A DNA stretch of 63,589 nt, filler included, from Reticulomyxa filosa (taxonomy: Eukaryota; Protista; Foraminifera): NCBI GenBank assembly GCA_000512085.1. It is 20 parts of 20 records of this genome, joined end to end, with 100 filler letters (N's around TTAATTAATTAA, not from the genome) between each part and the next. Parts side by side here need not be neighbours in the genome. Positions count along the whole stretch, not along the records: positions 25,950 to 29,553 come from ASPP01016203.1; positions 29,654 to 35,391 come from ASPP01001100.1; positions 35,492 to 36,595 come from ASPP01012569.1; positions 36,696 to 40,851 come from ASPP01018746.1; 16 more parts are not named here. One strand, 5' to 3'. The translations under genes and the position numbers were made by a program. Within the stretch, counting starts at the first letter, position 1, and the number at the start of each line of letters is the position of its first letter. Of this stretch, positions 26,121 to 38,365 are shown piece by piece. Under the pieces are notes generated by a model, which worked only from the letters and a program-made list of their open reading frames with translations, made no database searches and was not told the DNA's origin.

Positions 26121-27387
26121 TTACAACTTGGTTTCAGTAATTTGAATTTTTTCAGGAGTGACATCATGCAAGCTCAAAGTAGGCTTTGGCGGAGTTGATT
26201 GGGCAAAGCGCATAGTAGAAGTGCCAAGATAGCTGAAGCACAAGTCGCATCCCCGACACATGGAGCGATACAAGACATCATAAGTTTTGAACATGAGCAA
26301 GAGACACCAGCAGTTGACAACAACATCGAACATGAGCCCAATGGACCAGGAGGAGAGTGTGTAGAGTACCAAGGAGATGGTCGTGCTAAGAACCATGACA
26401 AAAGTGAGTACGGAGACTTTGATGGACAGTTTGTAAAAGGAAGAATTTTTGCGCATTTCTTTGAGATGAATCTTCCGCAAATGCGCATGAGCAGCAGAAG
26501 CAGTGGCATTGCTATTGGAAGTGGGTCGAGGAAGAGGAGTAGCAGGACTATGATCACCGACCTGGTCCAGAGCAGGTGCAGACCCCATTCGACCAAGTCT
26601 CGGAGACGAAGGAGTAGCAAAGTCATCCATGGGTGTGTCTCCTTCGCTGCTGCCAGTTTCTGTGGCTTCCAACGAGTTTTGATTTTGAATATTGTTAATG
26701 TGTTGTTGCTTGGCTAAGCGCACCAAGGGATTAGTGAACAAAAGCAATAGCAACAGGTTAATGCACAGATCCACGAGTGCGGTGAGAGCCCCACACCAAT
26801 CCGGATAGTTTGAGTAACACACGTAGCCGCCATCTTTTGCGATCGATGTCAGACCATTTTTCACTAACTTAAATCGTCAGATATTGGGCCACTCCCAAAA
26901 AAAATACTATATTTAGTATATGCAGTCCGTGTATCGTATTGTTGCTATATGCATAGGCGCTTCCGATAAATGACGCCTGCAGTCGCACTACTAGACACTC
27001 GTAGATACACGCTTTGTGGTATACGTACGCCAACGTCGGGTATCCGCCCAAAAAAGTACAGTCCTGGCTTTTGAACTGGTGGAACGACAGTACATTCATC
27101 AACATATTCAACATCCCGCATAATATTGCTGCAACTGACAATCCGTGCACTATGTGTGTGTACGTTATCCCGTGCAGGAAAATCAACAATGGGTAGTGCG
27201 AAAACGGGTGCTGTGACGATCCTGACGCTTGTCTTGACAGTTTTGGGGTTTGTTTTTGCTTGTACACTTCCACCACTATCATACTAACGTGAACCAAAAA
27301 CAACACTCCCAACGCTGCTACGCAAAAAAAATACAAGGGCAACATCAAATCTTGTCCCCTTTCATTGCTTCCATTGAGAGTTACCAT
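26121..27387 (-). CDS. Intronless seven-TM, GPCR-like receptor; apparent +1 frameshift near 26870
   Basis: Seven hydrophobic segments across the two abutting ORFs, Cys at the start of TM3 and in ECL2, and a long Ser/Pro-rich loop between TM5 and TM6. Confidence 0.7.
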
Positions 27388-28978
27388 CTGTTCGTTCCTT
27401 CTCGCTTGCAAAGGCTAAGAATCTAGTCCTTTTTTTTCAAGTTCATATTGTTACTTTCGCTCTTAAGTTACTGGGAAAAACTTCAACGTAACCCCTCCTT
27501 CGTTTACTCTCCATGTTGCGTTGCTTTCACACACGTAAAAAAAAAAAAATACAAATTGCCGGACAAAAGGAATTCTGTGGAAATGCAGTAAAAGGACGTC
27601 TTGTCTAATTTCTACTTCCCAAAAAATAATGAAAATGCACTCTACTTGTCTTTCTTATACATACTTCCACTCCCACCGCAAAATGCTTGCTATTTTTTTT
27701 CCAAAGAAAGAAGCTTTGCTGTCTTTGTTTTTTCTTGTTAAGGGGAAGAAAGTTCTAAAATAATTTGAATTTAGGGTGTGGCTTATCACAAGATAATAAC
27801 TATAGGAGTTATGTGTGCAGCTAGTCCAGATATAATTCAAGTAGAAAATGCGCAAAAAAGAGAAAATCTGCTTCCAGAAGTTTAGCTCGAGGAGTTAGGA
27901 AAAAGGCTTTTTGTTGTTCGGTGTATTTTGTTGAGTCGTCAAAAATGTAACCATAACTACACAGGAACAACGCAGTTCAACTTCAGAGATTGAGGATCGG
28001 GTATGGTCTCTGCACATGTAATTTTTACGTATACCTGAAAAGAAAAAAATCTTAAAATAGAATTTGTTATATTGAACAGCCTTAGCAATCCAAATGATCA
28101 TTCGCAAAAGGAGAAGACGGTAGAGCTAAGCACATTTGATACTCGATTTGAAGACTTAGCAAGATGTATGAAGACATTGCCTGTAAAAAGCATATTTGGG
28201 GTCACGCTGCTGTTGAAAAAGACGCACAAACGAAGCAAAACAAGTGTTAGAAAAGACGACCAAACAAGAGCACATCACAAAACTGCTGTCTGATTGTGTT
28301 ATCGTATACCACAAAGTTGGTCTTTTTTTTTTTTTTTACAAGGTCTTGTTTTTGTGAGCATTGTTTTTGCGTGCAAATCCCTCTTTTTTTTTTTGGATAG
28401 TTTTTGAATCGCAAAGAAAAGCCATTGAGAGTTAGTACAATTTTATCTTTTGTTGGGTCTGCAGCACAATGGATTCTTAAACACAATGGAAATTTGGAAA
28501 GAGACAAATTTGAACACAGTAGTACATATCTTTCGAACCTGTTGGAAGAGTAATTGATCAGATAGCTCTCTCGGTTTTGTTCTAATTCTTCCATCGAGAT
28601 TTTTCTCGTTTGCTAAACAGGTTTTTTAGAGCCTATTTTCTATTCTGACGATTATTGTCTCTTCGGAGAAACTTATAATCGTTACACGTGTTGACAGGAT
28701 TAAAACTTTAAATTTTTTAATTAATTTTTTAGAATCTCAGCTTATGGACAAATTCAAAAAAAGGTTGTTCGTTGTGGAGAAAATAGATCATCTTTATAAG
28801 AAAGCGTCTCAAGCGTTCAGTTTTTTTTTTTGTGACAACTATGCGATAACACTTTTGAGCACTTTCTATTTTGGTGATCATTCAAGCATTTACGGCTTGT
28901 TTTAAGTTAGAAAACTTGTAAGATAGTTCAGTTAATAATAAAAAAAAAAATTATATATTATATTATTCTGGATAAGTA

Positions 28979-29511
28979 ATGGCAGAACCAGCAAAGAATG
29001 CATCTTCAACACGTCCCTCGCAGAGGACTGGAGGATTGTCTCAAGCAGGTCGTGTGGATCCGAAATCGACCACTCAAAAACGTGCAAGTGCAAGCAATCC
29101 GAAAGGAGTGCAGTCAGCGGAAGCGAACAACAAGAGGACGGGAATAAAGACAAGCCGTTCACCAGCAGAGCGACAAAAGTTGAGAGAGCAGCGAAGTAGT
29201 AACAGGAAAGGAGAAGAAAAAGAAAAAGAAGGAGGAGAAGAACAACAACAACAGCAACAAGAAGAAGAAGAAGAAGAAGAAGAAGAAGAAAGAGCAAAGC
29301 AAGTGGACCGTAAAAGCAAATCCCCAAAGCCGAGAACAAAGACACTAGCAAATGATAGCAAAGCAGTTAGCAAGCCAAGTCCGAAATCAGTGCAAGGCAA
29401 GACTGGACCAAATAAAGATAAAGATAAAGATAAAGAAGTAAAAGAAAGAAAGAGTAATGGAAAGCCGAATCAATCAAAGACGGAACCTGTGGCAAACAAT
29501 AATAAAACAAG

Positions 29512-29553
<42 letters not shown>
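28979..29553 (+). CDS. Low-complexity Lys/Glu-rich protein, 3'-partial
   Basis: ATG-initiated ORF of about 190 codons running into an (AAT)n repeat at the contig end. Confidence 0.55.
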
Positions 29554-29653
29554 NNNNNNNNNNNNNNNNNNNNNNNNNNNNNNNNNNNNNNNNNNNNTTA
29601 ATTAATTAANNNNNNNNNNNNNNNNNNNNNNNNNNNNNNNNNNNNNNNNNNNN

Positions 29654-29885
29654 TCACTCGTAACGAGTGGTTTTCAGTAAAATAAAGTAAATTGAAAAGA
29701 ATATAAAGAATAGCAAAAGGAAAAGTGAAAGAAAAGAAAACAAGTAAGAAGTTGTTGTTGAGGAAGTTCTAACCCAAAGGGAGCTCCTCGGTTCCATAGG
29801 CATTCAGCCATGTATGATAAGGGCTTGCCCTATAAGCTAGTATGGTTTTACCATACATGTGTTGCTGTTGATATTAATTAAATAA
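29654..29885 (+). repeat. Putative structured interspersed element (copy A)
   Basis: Hairpins CACTCG/CGAGTG, GAGGA/TCCTC, AGGGC/GCCCT and GTATGGT/ACCATAC. The layout resembles 42189-42410. Confidence 0.4.
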
Positions 29886-30240
29886 GATTGATATTGCGTT
29901 TTGTTTAATAAAAAAAATGTATTAATTGGATATAAGTGTATTACAAAAAATTGATTGATTCTTTTTAATGACAGTTGTAAAATTGAAATTATTTCATGAA
30001 AATTTTTTTTCTAACAAGTGGTTATTCATCTCAACTACCTTGGAGCTATTGGGAAAGTTGGCAAAATCTACATAGTTTTGCTTGTCTAACTGTGCCACAA
30101 TGATCAGTAATTTATTTTAAGTTATGTAACATCTTAACCTGTTGCTAACGCGACGTCGTTTTTTTAAAAAGGTGTTGTAGGATTTGTATAATATAAAAAA
30201 ACAAAAACTAAAACAAACAGTTGCGTTTTACAATAAAATT

Positions 30241-31484
30241 ATGTTATTATCAAGTGAGAAGGATGTACAAGATGAGAAGAACGATAGTAAATCTACGAGT
30301 GATTCGGAAAGACCAGCAAGCAATAGCGTTACGGAAACGTCTATTGCAGAAGCACAGTGGTGTGGCGCGCATGATTTATTCAATGATCTTCAGTTCAATA
30401 CACTTGTACTAGATCTACGAAGCAATTCAAAGTACCGACAAGGGCACGTATTTGGATCGTACCAATTGGAAGTGACAAAGGATTACGTGAAGGAGAAGAC
30501 GAACCCGGCGTGGGTGAAATTGCAAGACTTGCCATGCGACGAGGAGCAGAAGACAAGTTACAAAGAGCAAATGAACTGGTTTGTGAGATACGTATGGGTC
30601 GTTGTGGAAAAAGATTGGAAAGAGGAAACGAAGCAAGTGATCCTACCGTTTTTGGTTACAAGCATAAAAAAATCACGACGCACGTGCGTTGTGAAAATAC
30701 TGAACGGCTTGAGCGAGTTCAAAGAGATGTACCCCTTTTTAATGCTAACATTTAATGACACGTATTTCAGTGTGATGATGCTTCACTCCAGCAAAATTTT
30801 GTCAAGCATCAGGGTGGTCCCTCATTATCCCAACGTTATTATTCCGGGGAAATTATATTTGGGCGACGCTAAGAGCAGTGCCGAAGGATACATTTTCAAA
30901 GATCTACGCTTAACACACGTCGTCAACACTGCGTCTAGAGATGTCACCAATTACTTCCAGGACATAACTATACTTTCCAATGACTTCAAAGATGACTTTG
31001 ACAACACCACATTAGAGTATCTCAATCAAACCAAAATCTCGTATTGTAATATTGAAATTAATGATTCACAGGATGTCGATATCAAACAGTACTTTGAAAA
31101 ATTTTTAAATTCATCGGTTAGTCCCTTCTTTCTTTCTCTTGTAAATTTTTTGTAATGTATTGTGCATTGCATTTGCAATGTACAGATGACGCGCTGCAAA
31201 GTCATGAAGGTAAAGTACTGGTGCATTGTGCAGCAGGAATATCACGCTCCAGTACCATTGTTATTGCTTATTTGATGAAAAAACTCGACTTGTTATTGTT
31301 TGATGCCATGGAGTATGTCAAAAAGTGTCGTCCCAATATTTCCCCCAATATTGGCTTTTTTTGTCAATTAATGCTTTTCGAAGAGGAGCTGTTTGGAGAT
31401 ACCAAAAGCAGTCGTCAATTGCTTTCGGCAAACACGGAATACTCCTCCAATTATCATCAATGGTTTGAAACTTCTCGCAAATAG
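30241..31484 (+). CDS. Rhodanese-domain dual-specificity phosphatase (MKP-like); intron about 31117-31184
   Basis: LVLDLRSNSKYRQGHV (rhodanese), YPNVIIPGKLYLG, catalytic VHCAAGISRS, and RPNISPNIGF. Confidence 0.9.
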
Positions 31485-32140
31485 TTCCTACTTAATCTCA
31501 TCTCCTTTCTTTCTCTTCTTTCATTTGTCAATTGTTTTTTTTTGTTGTGTTTATTTATTTTTTTGTTTAAGCGGTATTTATTTCGTTAATTTAGCACGGA
31601 TCGAAAAAAAAAATTAACTAAGTTGCCCTGTTCGATTATTTATTTCGTTTCTTTATTTTGCTTTGATTTACTTTGTTTTTCTTGTTTTTTTTTTTGTTGT
31701 CGTATATATTTTACTCTTTTATTGTGTTCAGAGGGCTTTCAATAGTAAAACATATTTTGCAAATAACAACTTTTTATTTTTTCAACTTGTTCAAGCATTA
31801 TTTTTCTCATAATAATACATTCACATGCTTTTTTTAGTTTCATTTTTCATTTACAAAAAATGGATGTGTCATTGTTGTGTTTTTGCTAGCTTTATTTAGA
31901 ATTTATTTCACAGATATAGATAAATGGATTTGTTTGTAATATCATTGCCTGGTTTATTTATTTGTTTTGCACGTCTTTGTTGATAAATATTTATGATGTA
32001 GCACAAGAAATATTTTTATATTCTTTGCGGTTGCTGAAAACATGCAATAAATTGTTTGTTTCGTACCCTAAAATTTGAATCAAAAAACTAAAAATTCTTA
32101 AATATTTAAATCCCCTTGCCCAAAAAACAAGTTTTTTTTG

Positions 32141-32912
32141 TCAAAGCAAATCAATAGTTCCAACATCCAACAACTTTCGAAAAGGGAGATATCTACAAAC
32201 CAAAATGTCTCCTTCGTTAAGTTCAATCTGTTGTGAAGGATGATCCAACAAATACGTTCCAACACTTTCGCTCAATCGCATAATAACATGTTTATGCAAA
32301 ATGGGTTTGTTGATCATCTTTTCATCCGACAAGTTTTGTAATTTTGCCGGCAAACGATCGACAAATAAATGTCCCAAGTGTTTGTCGTTCAAATCCAAAT
32401 ACTTTTTTGCAAACATGAGTTCGTGTTGGCTCAACTTTTCGATTTCGTCTTGGTTTGATAAAATGAAACGTGAGTATTGTTGAATTTTCCAAATCCGAGC
32501 ACGTAAATAACTGTGTAAAATGTATTTTATCCTTTCCATTTCCATTTCATAAAGATGTAATATCAGTGATGTCATTGCTATATCAAATTATGCACATTTA
32601 GACTTTGTTTTGTTAATTTTTTTTAAGCTAAGGACAATTGACCACACTTTTTTTACCTGTCTGGCTGTTGAGATTATCAGAAATATCATCGATTTTTTGT
32701 TGCTGCTTTTTCAACACGGAATGTACCTTTTCAACTGAATCTGCTTCAAATCTCAATAATTCTGGTGCGTTGTTTTCATTTTGCCATCCCATTTGCAATA
32801 ACCACAATGCGTCTGAGATTTCTTCTTGCTCTCTTTTGCTTTCTTCTTCCTCTGTGTGATTTTCTGTAGAGTTCGCATGAAAAACATCTTCATCCCCGTT
32901 ATGTTCATTCAT
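32141..32912 (-). CDS. SLD5: GINS complex subunit SLD5 (GINS4); two exons
   Basis: WQNENNAPELL, EMERIKYILHSYLRARIWKIQQY, and C-terminal RYLPFRKLLDVGTIDLL. Confidence 0.92.
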
Positions 32913-33536
32913 AATCGTGAATTCTTCATTCTCTTTATTCTAAAAATGTTTATTTTAGTGTTTTATTAATTGGCATTTTCTAACATTTCTGTGGTACAAC
33001 TTCAAGAACACAAGTAGTAAACATTCGTACTTCCGAAGCAGCAGGGTCCGTCATTTGTCTGTACAATTGCTTTATTCTCACCTATCACCAATTCACAAAG
33101 TAATGCCCTTTCTATCAATCACACATTTCAAAAAGAGAATTTTATGGAGGTACCCTTTTGCAGTAGTACGTAGAGCTGTTGCTAGAGAGTTTTTTTGTCT
33201 TCAACGAAAAATTTGTAATCAAAAATAAATGTTAGTGTTTGTTCAGCTGTTGCATTAGTCAATATGTTAAATTACTTTATCAGATGGAAGGTTACAGCAT
33301 AACTCAACATTTCTTCACTAGTGTGACTTTGAAGAAGAATCTAGAAGGACTTACATATATGCCTTCTGTATACTTGTTAATCAATACAACGAAAGGCATA
33401 TAAGTTTTTAGCTTATGCAAGATTTAGCAAATGCAAGACAGTATTTGACAATGCAGGAACTTGAGAAGATGCTAACTACGTTATTATGAATATCCACATT
33501 TGTGGCCTTATAAACGAAAGGGTTTTCAAAATTGTA

Positions 33537-34300
33537 TTATTCAGGGTTCCAGTTATACTGGTTGCTCGGACTCTCATGAGCGCCAGAATACGTATGTTTA
33601 GCCGAAGAAGAATGCCTTGCTGCACAATAGAAACCGCTCACTCCACAAACACACAAAATAAAGAGCAGAATGATTGCACAAACAACATAAGTTATGTATT
33701 TATATTTCCCAGTAAAATATTTATCGTAAATTTCAGTTGTCCACTCCTTTTTTTCGTTGGAGCCACAAACGCTCTTTTTTTCTGCGACACATAAACCTTT
33801 GCATATCACCGAAGTGACATTTTTGTAGTATTTGCCATCATTGGCACATACTTTTTTCTCTTTGCTTTCCGGTATATCAACATGAGTATCATTTTCATAG
33901 TAATTGTAAATGGCCGAGCAAGATGTCAACTTTGTAATGCAAAGCGTGTTTATGTTGCTGACCGACCATGAATTATTGACATTACGATTGTTACTGAGAC
34001 AACAAGAGTACTTGAAACAGTATTCTTTCACGCCACAATCACTATCACTTTTGCAGTCCCGAAAAACACATTGCCGATTAATACAATTCCAACCGCTAAT
34101 GCAGTCTTTCGTTACTTTACAATCGTAACAACTGTTGTTGAAGATGTTTGACAAATCTTTGTTTTCAAAATAATCAAGTGCCAAACCCATTTTTGAAAAC
34201 AGGACTATTTCTATTATCCATACTATGACCCCTTTCCAAGCAATAATTTTACACATGACAAGTGATTTTCTAAAACGAAAATTCAAAGGGCCACGCATAG
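33537..34300 (-). CDS. Cys-rich single-pass membrane protein with a Kazal-like segment (start uncertain)
   Basis: CxxxxDC repeats, VCANDGKYYKN, and C-terminal TM YVVCAIILLFILCVCGVSGFYC. Confidence 0.65.
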
Positions 34301-34795
34301 TCCGAGTAATCGCCCTACAATAGTTCACAGAGCTACCCGTTGATCAGACTAAAAGTTGTTAATACTTGCGAAGAGATTTTTGAGTTTACTTGCCAAAATC
34401 ATTTTTTATTTGCACGTTTTGATGTAATCCGGCCAGTAATTTCAAAAAAAAGACATACAAAAAGAAACCAAGACAACAAACGATGCTTTGGCTTTTGAGC
34501 GCCCCTTGAAAACAAACTAATGCATCATCTATAAACAACCACAAAAGAGGGACAACAAAACGAAAATTATCCATAAAAGAAAGCGATCAGACGCCGAAGC
34601 AACGGCAAAAACAAACAAAAAAGAAGAAGACTTGTATATGGTTTTTTCTCTTTCCTCCTTGCTCTATCAGATTATAGAGCCAGAAAGAAAATGAATAAGA
34701 CAAACTGAGACTTTTTTCATCTGGTTTGAAACGATGAAAAAAAAAACTAAGTTGGAAAGAGAGCAAGGAGTTAGTGCGTATATTGTGAAAAGTGA

Positions 34796-35340
34796 TTATT
34801 TCAATCGGTAAAGCATGATAACAAAGGCAACAAAGTTGACAACCAACATGAAAAAAATAAGAGCAGTGGTTTGTGCAAAAGTCCAGCCCGTATCGTAGGA
34901 CTGCAGATAGACAGTGATGGCGGTCATGATAATGGCAATGAACATCCTTGTGTTATGTTCAATGGCAAAGCCAGTGCGAAAATTGACATTTTGTGGTAGC
35001 CATTTCAAGCCAATGCAACAAAGCAGATAATAACTCCCCGATATGATTCCAATAGAAAAATATCGCAGCGCTTCTTTCCACTTATGTACAACTGTCGCCT
35101 TCAACATGACGAATCGCAGCATTACCAATTCGATGACAGACAACAGCACAGCTAAAGTTAAAAACACGACCAATGACCACTTTGGGTACAACAAGATTAT
35201 GATGAGGAATGGAGTCACTCGGATGTACAAATCTGATATAATAAAAATGTACATTATCAGTCCGAATATCAATCCATAGCGACGATGTACTTTTTTCGGT
35301 ACGGGAGTTGTTGACATTTCTTTTTCTTTTTCGTCATGTG
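34796..35340 (-). CDS. Multi-pass membrane protein C-terminal part (XK-like possible), 5'-partial
   Basis: 173-codon ORF with 4-5 hydrophobic segments. Confidence 0.55.
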
Positions 35341-35357
35341 TCTTTTACAACAATCAC

Positions 35358-35391
<34 letters not shown>

Positions 35392-35780
35392 NNNNNNNNN
35401 NNNNNNNNNNNNNNNNNNNNNNNNNNNNNNNNNNNTTAATTAATTAANNNNNNNNNNNNNNNNNNNNNNNNNNNNNNNNNNNNNNNNNNNNAACACAAAA
35501 CGTTGCGTGACACGATGCTTTCAACGGTATGTGATAAGGACACGCCGGGCTCCGGAAGACTGACAAATAAACAAGTGTTACAGTTTAACAGCTGATTTAA
35601 TGCAAAACACCATTAAATAAAGCCGTTACAACGGCGGCATCCCCAGCCAACGCCAAGGGTGGCACAGCACGAGGGCACGCTGGCTTGCGCCAGGTCAGAT
35701 ATTACAACATCTTATTCACATATACGTTTGATGCAATGAAAACCTTGGTTCTCGTTCAATATTCATCAACAAGATTGTGC

Positions 35781-35808
35781 TCATGTCACGGCTGCTTTGT
35801 GCCGATAA
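35781..35808 (+). promoter_or_regulatory. Putative sigma-28 (FliA) promoter, bacterial contig
   Basis: TCATG-N15-GCCGATAA. The -10 box matches the sigma-28 consensus exactly, 40 nt upstream of the ATG. Confidence 0.6.
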
Positions 35809-35848
35809 CACAGATGCCTATCCGTACATACAGACTGGAGCCAATCAA

Positions 35849-36506
35849 ATGGACATCAGCAGCATCAGCAGCCGTCTGCCCCTGCCCGTGGGCGTATCGG
35901 CCGGCAACCAGCAGACACAGGCCAGCTCAAGCACCGCTACCGCTACCCCGCAGGAAACCGTCGCCCTGGGCCAGACCCCGCCCGACGAGGCCCTCACCTA
36001 CCCCGACCCGCGCAAAGCCGCCGCCAAGGACAAACCCGATCTGCAGACCATGCTGGACGAAATCCAACCGCAAGGTGGATGAGTTCATGCAGTTGCTGGG
36101 CGGCATGGTGGAAAAGCAGGGGCTGGAGTGGAGCAAGCTGGTCAGTGGCGAACAGAAGCTGACCGCCGACGCCGAAACCATCGCCAAAGCCAAGGAAGCC
36201 GTGTCCGAAGACGGCGAATTCGGCGTGCGCAAGACCGCCGAGCGCATCCTGACCTTTGCCAAGATGGGCATCGGTGACGACCCGGAAAAAATCGCTACCT
36301 TCCGCAAGGCGGTCGAGAAAGGGTTTGACGACGCCGCCAAAATACTGGGCGGCAAACTGCCGCAGATCAGCGAGGACACCCGCAAGGTAATCATGGGCGA
36401 GTTCGACCGCTGGGAAAAAGAAGGCATCCCCAGCGGCGACAGCGTCAGTCTGAAAAAAGCGGACAGCCCGGCCAAAACGCCAACCGGCGTCAATACCAGC
36501 GCCTGA
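35849..36506 (+). CDS. Bacterial DUF5610-like hypothetical protein; one extra A near 36060
   Basis: GC-rich bacterial codon usage, GGAG RBS at 35837-35840, and motif EDGEFGVRKTAERILTFA...AVEKGFDDA...GGKLPQIS. Removing one A from GAAATCC joins the two ORFs. Confidence 0.75.
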
Positions 36507-36540
36507 CGCACCCAGCCCGTCCGGCTGCCGTCACCCGCCC

Positions 36541-36564
36541 AGCCCGCCCTTGTCGGCGGGCTTT
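36541..36564 (+). terminator. Rho-independent terminator, bacterial contig
   Basis: AGCCCGCC-CTTGTC-GGCGGGCT followed by TT, about 35 nt after the stop codon. Confidence 0.65.
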
Positions 36565-36695
36565 GCCTTGCCTGCGCTCTGTTATACTGCCGCCTNNNNN
36601 NNNNNNNNNNNNNNNNNNNNNNNNNNNNNNNNNNNNNNNTTAATTAATTAANNNNNNNNNNNNNNNNNNNNNNNNNNNNNNNNNNNNNNNNNNNN

Positions 36696-36722
<27 letters not shown>

Positions 36723-36726
<4 letters not shown>

Positions 36727-37475
36727 TGTGATTCATTTCATAAACATTGTTGAACAGCCCGTGGTGAGAGTCGGCGCAGAGACCGTGGCAGTCGAATCAT
36801 GGACGAAAATGAAATCCCTCATCACACTGAAAATCGCATGACAATGGTGCTGGACGAAGAGGACATGGATGCCATTCAAGACCCAATCACGAGCCCACAC
36901 TCCAGGGCTGCTCGCCAAAGTGTCGAGGTCCTCAACGTGCAAGCTAGCATTTTCGAATCTGAAAAAAAACCTTACAAAGCCAGAGACTCGATCGAAATTG
37001 GAGAAACTCAAGATACCAATGGCATTGATTCGACTCGTACAAACAATAACAACAACAACAATGTTAATAATAATAATAATAATAATAATAACAGCAATCC
37101 CAAAACTACTGCTCGTGCAAGAGACTCCAAAATCATTGATAACGGTGCCTCAAACGCAAATACACAAAACAATGGCTCCACAATAACACACAAAGTCGAT
37201 CATGAACGTACACCGTCAGAAATCGCCATTGCCAATATGAACACGCAATTTCATCACAACTTAGGCTTCGACGGAGTATCACCCGCCCAAGAAGATCCAC
37301 TTTCTCCAAATACCAACGGAAACACTTTTCCCGGCTCGAATCTGTACTCAAAACCGCATCGCAAACATAGTTGGAGCATTACCAAAACTAGTTGTGATAA
37401 AAATAAAGTATTTGTTGTTGTTTTTTTTTGTTAGCTTTGGGTTTGCTTGTCATGTTTAATGTGACACGATTTAAA

Positions 37476-37516
<41 letters not shown>

Positions 37517-37858
37517 AATGATCCTTCCAAAAATCCTTTGAGTGAGAAAGAACTGAGTGACCTTGCCGCAACTCAAGAAGAAGACGAAATGCGTGACACG
37601 GATCTCACCTATAACAACAGAAATGCACAGAGTTTAGAAATAACTTGCCAATGCCATTCACTGATTGTCATCCTTTTTTTTTTTTTTCTTCTTTCTCTTC
37701 TCCCAATCACATGAATGATCGTGTTGATATATTACCACATCCAACAGACAACACGAAAGCAAGAGGAAGTGTTAAGGCTGATGATAACGAAACTCACCCT
37801 GGTATCAGTGTGAGCGGAAGAGAATCAAGATCAAATTCATTGTTGAGCGAAAACAATT
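36723..37858 (+). CDS. Low-complexity Asn/Ser-rich protein C-terminus, 5'-partial, with introns
   Basis: ORF 36799-37434 and downstream exon-like segments separated by T-run/A-run introns. No domain recognised. Confidence 0.45.
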
Positions 37859-38365
37859 ATTTCAATCAATTAGATTGACACTAGTCATTGTTTGTTTTTC
37901 TTTTTCTCTCTTTTTTTTTTTTGCAGAGAAAAGAAAACAGATTTGTGTATTTTTTTTGTAAGGTTTGTGTTTTGTCTTTTTCTTCTCATTTTTATATCAA
38001 GCTTTGCTGTGGAGACAAAAAATAGGGGAGTGCATCAACTTGATTTTTTTGTTTCGAGCAAAAAAATTTTTTGTTGAAATTTCTTTTTTTTTTCTTCAGA
38101 TCGGCAATAATTACTTTTGGGTTTAAAAAAACACGTAAGAGTAAATTGTATAGTATTCCAAAAACCCAATAATGGGAAGATTAGTTCCTAATGAACTTTT
38201 GCCAATTCACTCTAAAACTTGTATATTTGCCTTTTTTTTTTTCATCTTTTAATACGTGCTTGTTAACAAGATAAAAAAAAAAAGCAACTCTTAAAGTTAG
38301 AGGTGACGTTTTCTTTTTTTTTTTTAATTTCATCAATCCAACAGCGTGATTAAGACATTTCAAAG

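Noticed and set aside
28247-28594. Minus-strand 115-aa ORF as a gene
   Set aside because: No recognisable domain, and no consistent downstream exon could be built.
29800-29875. SECIS element or hammerhead ribozyme
   Set aside because: An ATGA is present but there is no correctly placed GA quartet partner or apical AAR loop, and no CUGANGA/GAAA core.
35927-36511. Minus-strand 194-aa ORF on the bacterial contig
   Set aside because: It is a shadow ORF of a GC-rich gene. The promoter, RBS and terminator support the plus strand.
24762-36595. Functional clustering of the RSH-like, 7TM, phosphatase and bacterial genes as an operon or island
   Set aside because: They lie on separate contigs joined artificially.
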